A program made the translations under genes and the position numbers. A DNA stretch of 18,696 bases, taken from the NCBI GenBank assembly GCA_964442165.1, contig CAYTXX010000019.1:1-18696 (forward strand), read 5' to 3'. This document shows, in pieces, positions 15,318 through 18,696 of this stretch. The stretch's first letter is position 1. Every line of letters starts with the position of its first letter. The notes under the pieces are model-generated. The model saw nothing but the letters and a program-made list of their open reading frames with translations. It made no database searches and was not told the DNA's origin. Origin of the DNA: an uncultured Desulfurococcaceae archaeon. GTDB lineage: Archaea > Thermoproteota > Thermoprotei_A > Sulfolobales > NBVN01.

Positions 15318-15755
15318 GTGCTTAAAGGCTTTAGGGTAGCCTTAGGTTGGGTGGTCGACTTACACGAGTGGGCTCTAGCTGAGGCTGTAGTGCTATCCCT
15401 ATCCCAGTACCTGAGGGAGGTAGGTTGGGGTAGGGTTAGTAGGGTCGTAGTATCCCTAGGAGAGCTGCAGACTGTAGACCGGGAGGTCTTCGAGTTCGCG
15501 CTGAAGGAGCTTGCGAACCTCTACGGTGTTGATGTAGGTAGGTTCGAGCTAGTAGAGGAGGAGGCCTCCTTCGAGTGCAGGTCCTGCGGGTTTAGGTGGA
15601 GGCTTAAGGACCTGGAGCTACCGGATGAGGTTAGGGAGGCTATACACTTCCTCCCGGAAGCCGCCTACGCCTACCTGCGCTGCCCTAGGTGCGGCTCAGC
15701 TGACTTCATACTAGCTAGCGGTAGGGGTGTTAAGCTAGAGGGTGTTGAGCCTTGA
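15318..15755 (+). CDS. hypA: hydrogenase nickel-incorporation metallochaperone HypA (start codon uncertain; homology begins at 15360)
   Basis: HEWALAEAVV... N-terminal pattern, plus the Zn site CRSCG...CPRCG. Length and collinearity are typical of archaeal HypA. Followed by a TTGA-coupled Mrp/MinD ATPase. Confidence 0.85.
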   Translation: MLKGFRVALGWVVDLHEWALAEAVVLSLSQYLREVGWGRVSRVVVSLGELQTVDREVFEFALKELANLYGVDVGRFELVEEEASFECRSCGFRWRLKDLELPDEVREAIHFLPEAAYAYLRCPRCGSADFILASGRGVKLEGVEP

Positions 15756-16507
15756 GCGCGCTCCAGGACCCGAGGCTTGTAGCTGTAGTTGAGAGACTTA
15801 AGGAGGTTAGAGCTGTAGTACCCTTCCTAAGTAGTAAGGGAGGTGTTGGTAAGACCCTGGTATCGGTAGCTACAGCCCTAGCCCTGGTTAGGAGGGGCCT
15901 TAGGGTAGGCCTTCTAGACCTTGACGTAACCAACCCTACGGTACACCTAGTACTAGGTGTTAGACCCGGTAGCGTAGCTCCGAAGGAGGAGTACGGTGTA
16001 GTACCACCGGAGGTATCGGGAGTTAGAGTTATGAGTACTGTTTTCTACACCCTCGGTAAGCCGACCCCTCTGCGGGGTGATAGCATCTCGTCAGCTATAA
16101 GGGAGCTTCTCTCCATCACTAAGTGGGGGCCTCTCGACGTACTGGTAGTCGATACCCCTCCAGGTATGTCTGATGAGCTCCTCGAGCTACTTACCTACAT
16201 CAGGAGGTTTAGCTCCTTCCTAGTTACAACCCCTTCTAGACTATCCCTTGAGTCTACCACGAGGTTAGCTGAGCTAGTTGCTGGGAGGGTTGCGGGGGTG
16301 GTACTGAACATGGCTTGGGAGATCCCGGAGGAAGTTGCTAGGCTCGCTGATAGGCTTTCCGTACCCCTATACACACTACCCTACGATAGCTCCGTAGAGG
16401 TAGCTCTCGGAAACCCGGAGAAGTTTGCAGAAACGAGGTTCGCGAAAGCTGTGGATATGTACCTAGGGGAGCGCGTTCTAAGGCTCCTCAGCACTACCCC
16501 TCGCTAG
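15752..16507 (+). CDS. Mrp/MinD-family P-loop ATPase, probable ATPase-type HypB partner of HypA
   Basis: 251 aa. Deviant Walker A SSKGGVGKT and Walker B-like LDVLVVDTPPG. Translationally coupled to hypA. In Thermococcus an Mrp/MinD ATPase adjacent to hypA substitutes for GTPase HypB. Confidence 0.75.
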   Translation: MSALQDPRLVAVVERLKEVRAVVPFLSSKGGVGKTLVSVATALALVRRGLRVGLLDLDVTNPTVHLVLGVRPGSVAPKEEYGVVPPEVSGVRVMSTVFYTLGKPTPLRGDSISSAIRELLSITKWGPLDVLVVDTPPGMSDELLELLTYIRRFSSFLVTTPSRLSLESTTRLAELVAGRVAGVVLNMAWEIPEEVARLADRLSVPLYTLPYDSSVEVALGNPEKFAETRFAKAVDMYLGERVLRLLSTTPR

Positions 16508-16528
16508 ACCTGGAGCTAACTCGAGCCC

Positions 16529-16876
16529 CTAAACACTTGACCACTTCCTCAGGAGCTTCTCTAGCCTCTCGAACCTACTCCTAACCTCCTCCACTAGCTT
16601 ACCCACATCGGACTCTAGTACGTAGAACCCGTATGGGGTGTAATCGAGGAGCTCGCAACTCCACTCAGCTGTAGCTGGGAGGCTCTCCGGAGTTACGACC
16701 TTAACTACGTAGACTTCGCTAAACCTACCGCGCCTAAGGCTAACCAGGAAGACCCTCTCCCCTAGCTGAGCAGCTACTAGCCAGCAGCTACCCTCCTCCC
16801 TAGTAGATACCTTGAAGCCCTCATCCTTAAGCCTCCTCCTAAACTCCTCAACAACCTCCCAAGACACCCCGGGCAC
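16529..16876 (-). CDS. hypothetical protein (115 aa, soluble, charged)
   Basis: Clean ORF with GTG start. An A/T box (minus strand ATTAAAA) lies about 26 bp upstream. No family recognised. Confidence 0.45.
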   Translation of the reverse strand: MPGVSWEVVEEFRRRLKDEGFKVSTREEGSCWLVAAQLGERVFLVSLRRGRFSEVYVVKVVTPESLPATAEWSCELLDYTPYGFYVLESDVGKLVEEVRSRFERLEKLLRKWSSV

Positions 16877-16898
16877 CGCCTAGAGCTTGGAAAAGCGG

Positions 16899-16911
16899 TT
16901 TTAATACTATA
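16899..16911. promoter_or_regulatory. A/T-rich box TTTTAATACTATA, a possible bidirectional TATA element
   Basis: This is the only A/T block in the 154-bp divergent spacer. It is positioned about 26 bp from minus-strand GTG 16876 and upstream of the MATE gene. Confidence 0.35.
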
Positions 16912-17030
16912 GCGGTGTTAGTGTATCAGAGAACTGCGGAGTCTGCGGAGAGGTGGTCTAAACGCGGGGTGATGTACGAGTAGCTGAGAAGTACAGGGAG
17001 AGGATAGTTGGTGGAAGCCCCTTAAGGGTA

Positions 17031-18428
17031 GTGCTATGGCTAGCAGCACCCCTGATGGTAGCTCAGCTAGTCCACGTATCCTACAACCTGGTCGACGCGC
17101 TGTGGCTTAGCAAGCTCTACGAGGGAGCCCTAGCGGTCCCTAGACAGGTGTGGCCTACCCTCATGTTCTTTTACGCTATAGCTATGGCCCTCTCAACAGC
17201 TAACCTAGCTATGATCTCCCAGTACGTAGGTGCTGAGAGGTACGACATGGCTGGTAGGACTGCCTCCAAGCTACTGACCTTTAACCTAGCCCTAGCTTCA
17301 GCTATATGCCTAACCTACTACATCCTAAGGCCGTACATATTTGCCTACATAGTTACGGTACCTCCAGAGCTCTACGGCGACGTCATGGTGTACTCCAACG
17401 TCATGCTCCTCGACATCCTCTTCATGTACCTAGGTACGGCGTTCACGACGGTCCTCCAGGCTATCGGGGACACCAGGACCCCTACGTACATAAGCATAGC
17501 GGGGGCCCTCCTCAACATGGTCCTGGACCCCATAATGATATTCGGGTGGTTCGGCTTCCCAAGGATGGGGGTTATGGGGGCCGCCATAGCTACAGTCGTA
17601 TCCAGGGCTTTGGTGGCCTCGGTAGCCCTGAAGCTGTTCCTAGGGGGGTTCGCCGGGGTTAGGCTTACCCTCGTGAGGCCTGATAGGCCTTGGCTACTAC
17701 GCTCAGTAAGGATAGCGGCCCCCATAGCTGCTCTCCAGATGAGCAACTCCCTAGCCTTCATGGCTCAGCTAAGGCTTGTTAACACCTTCGGTAAGGTTGT
17801 AGCTACAGCCTACTCGATAGGGTTTACGGTGATGGATATAGCCGACGCAGCTATGTTCGGACTCTCCCAAGCTGTAGCTATAGTTGTAGGGCAACTTATA
17901 GGGGCTCAGATGTACTCTAAGGCTAGGAGGTCCGCACTAGCGGCAGCTCTATTCGTAGGTATCGTAACAAGCTTCGGAGCAGTTGCTGTCTACGCGTTTA
18001 GGTACCCGATAGCTTCGGTGTTTACTTCCAGTACGGAGATCCTGGGGGAGGCCGTTAGGTTCATAGAGTACTTCGGCTTAACCGTACCCTTCTTCGCCGT
18101 ATTCTTCATAGGATTCGCCGTAGGTAGGGGCTCCGGCCACACCTACGTTCCAACAGCTATAGCCTTCACTAGGCTGTGGGTACTTAGGGTAGCACTTGGG
18201 TACCTACTCGCTATAGCTATGGGGATAGGGCCTACAGGTATATGGCTATCGATGGCTGTAAGTAACGTCGTAGGTGGCGTAATGGCTCTAACCTGGGTAG
18301 CGGTAGGTAACTGGACCCGCCCGGTAGTAGAGGTAGGAGTACCTTCAAGGGTGTCTACGGTACCTCCATCGCTGAGGTGCGTAAAGAAGGAGGAGCTATC
18401 TGAGGGAGAGGTCAGCCAGGTGAGCTAG
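17031..18428 (+). CDS. MATE-family multidrug/oligosaccharide efflux transporter; N-terminus may extend upstream
   Basis: 465 aa, 12 predicted TM. LAAPLMVAQLVHVSYNLVDALWLSKL and the internal-repeat equivalent RIAAPIAALQMSNSLAFMAQ are typical of the two MATE half-domains. Confidence 0.85.
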   Translation: MLWLAAPLMVAQLVHVSYNLVDALWLSKLYEGALAVPRQVWPTLMFFYAIAMALSTANLAMISQYVGAERYDMAGRTASKLLTFNLALASAICLTYYILRPYIFAYIVTVPPELYGDVMVYSNVMLLDILFMYLGTAFTTVLQAIGDTRTPTYISIAGALLNMVLDPIMIFGWFGFPRMGVMGAAIATVVSRALVASVALKLFLGGFAGVRLTLVRPDRPWLLRSVRIAAPIAALQMSNSLAFMAQLRLVNTFGKVVATAYSIGFTVMDIADAAMFGLSQAVAIVVGQLIGAQMYSKARRSALAAALFVGIVTSFGAVAVYAFRYPIASVFTSSTEILGEAVRFIEYFGLTVPFFAVFFIGFAVGRGSGHTYVPTAIAFTRLWVLRVALGYLLAIAMGIGPTGIWLSMAVSNVVGGVMALTWVAVGNWTRPVVEVGVPSRVSTVPPSLRCVKKEELSEGEVSQVS

Positions 18429-18429
18429 G

Positions 18430-18618
18430 ATGAGGTACGTAAGGCTCTTAGCTACCCTCCTAGTAGCTCTTGCAGCAACCTTCCTAGCCCTATCCCTCTG
18501 GTTCGCCTACGTAGATAGGTTCGTACCTTCACTACTAGCACTAACATCCGGGCTCATATCCCTCAGCAGCGCCCTAGCCCTAGTAAAGGAGTACCCGGAG
18601 ACCTGTAGTAAGAGCTAA
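18430..18618 (+). CDS. hypothetical small membrane protein (62 aa, 2 TM)
   Basis: ATG lies 1 nt after the MATE stop and is preceded by AGGTGA (18417-18422). Contains two hydrophobic helices. No family recognised. Confidence 0.4.
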   Translation: MRYVRLLATLLVALAATFLALSLWFAYVDRFVPSLLALTSGLISLSSALALVKEYPETCSKS

Positions 18619-18696
18619 AACCTAGCCTTGAGCTAGTACCTCAGAGCTTACCCCTATCTCCAGAGCTGACCTCCTCCCCGCCCTAGCGGGAACCCT

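Noticed and set aside
15730-15933. 67-aa minus-strand ORF across the hypA/Mrp-ATPase junction
   Set aside because: It is antisense to the Walker A region of a supported gene. The Arg/Thr/Leu-rich translation looks like a shadow frame.
16934-16950. Tandem direct repeat CTGCGGAG-T-CTGCGGAG in the 5' region of the MATE gene
   Set aside because: It is only two copies of an 8-mer. It could be an operator, but it is too short to distinguish from chance and does not recur elsewhere in the window.
17306-17761. 118-aa plus-strand (alternate frame) and 129-aa minus-strand ORFs inside the MATE gene
   Set aside because: Both overlap a 12-TM transporter ORF with clear family motifs. Their translations are Pro/Arg/Gly-rich with no motifs.
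18622-18696. Minus-strand frame open from the window edge to a TAG at 18622-18624 (…RVPARAGRRSALEIGVSSEVLAQG-stop)
   Set aside because: Only 24 codons are visible and no motif is present. I cannot tell a real gene's 3' end from a chance open frame.
18640-18696. Possible tRNA-like fragment near GCGGGAACCCT at the window end
   Set aside because: No T-loop (GTTCRANYC) consensus or acceptor/T-arm pairing could be built on either strand.
1-18696. Search for CRISPR repeats, IS/transposase or integrase genes, long direct or inverted repeats, toxin-antitoxin pairs or known defence-system genes
   Set aside because: None seen. All sizeable ORFs are housekeeping or orphan membrane/small proteins. The only repeated strings are short hydrophobic-codon runs (CTAGTAGTAGCT-type) explained by Leu/Val/Ala-rich TM segments.

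Overview
This is a dense, almost fully coding chromosomal segment. It has mid-50s % GC by eye, AGG/CTA/GTA-rich codon usage, TATA-like A/T boxes about 25-35 bp upstream of first genes, and GGTG/GAGGTG Shine-Dalgarno-like boxes before operon-internal genes. It reads like a hyperthermophilic crenarchaeon, Desulfurococcales/Thermoproteales-like, but the taxon cannot be fixed from this window alone.

Gene order:
- A four-subunit 2-oxoacid:ferredoxin oxidoreductase operon in delta-alpha-beta-gamma order (delta is cut by the window edge).
- A two-gene membrane thiol-disulfide module: a WCPYC thioredoxin-like protein plus a thioredoxin-CcdA/DsbD fusion.
- A DUF457-like membrane hydrolase.
- A HypC-like domain fused to a hotdog thioesterase.
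- A candidate C/D box sRNA.
- An XRE-type HTH regulator.
- Archaeal NAC.
- A beta-CASP/metallo-beta-lactamase RNase.
- ThiI with a rhodanese domain.
- A membrane H+-pyrophosphatase.
- A flavin-reductase-like protein.
- An orphan membrane protein.
- An XPD/Rad3 FeS helicase.
- hypA followed by an Mrp/MinD-type hypB.
- An orphan 115-aa protein.
- A MATE transporter.
- A 62-aa membrane peptide.

I found no rRNA, tRNA, CRISPR array, transposase/integrase or recognisable defence genes. This looks like core housekeeping genome, and I cannot point to a clear novel multi-gene system.

The observations most worth follow-up are:
- The HypC-thioesterase fusion, which carries an internal SD+ATG.
- A HypA whose invariant Met1 position is a TTA codon.
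- Several genes whose conserved or hydrophobic N-terminal sequence lies upstream of any ATG/GTG/TTG.
- The exported-thioredoxin/CcdA pair.
- The C/D sRNA candidate.
- Strong CTAG enrichment.

All family assignments come from reading motifs in the supplied translations. No database search was possible.
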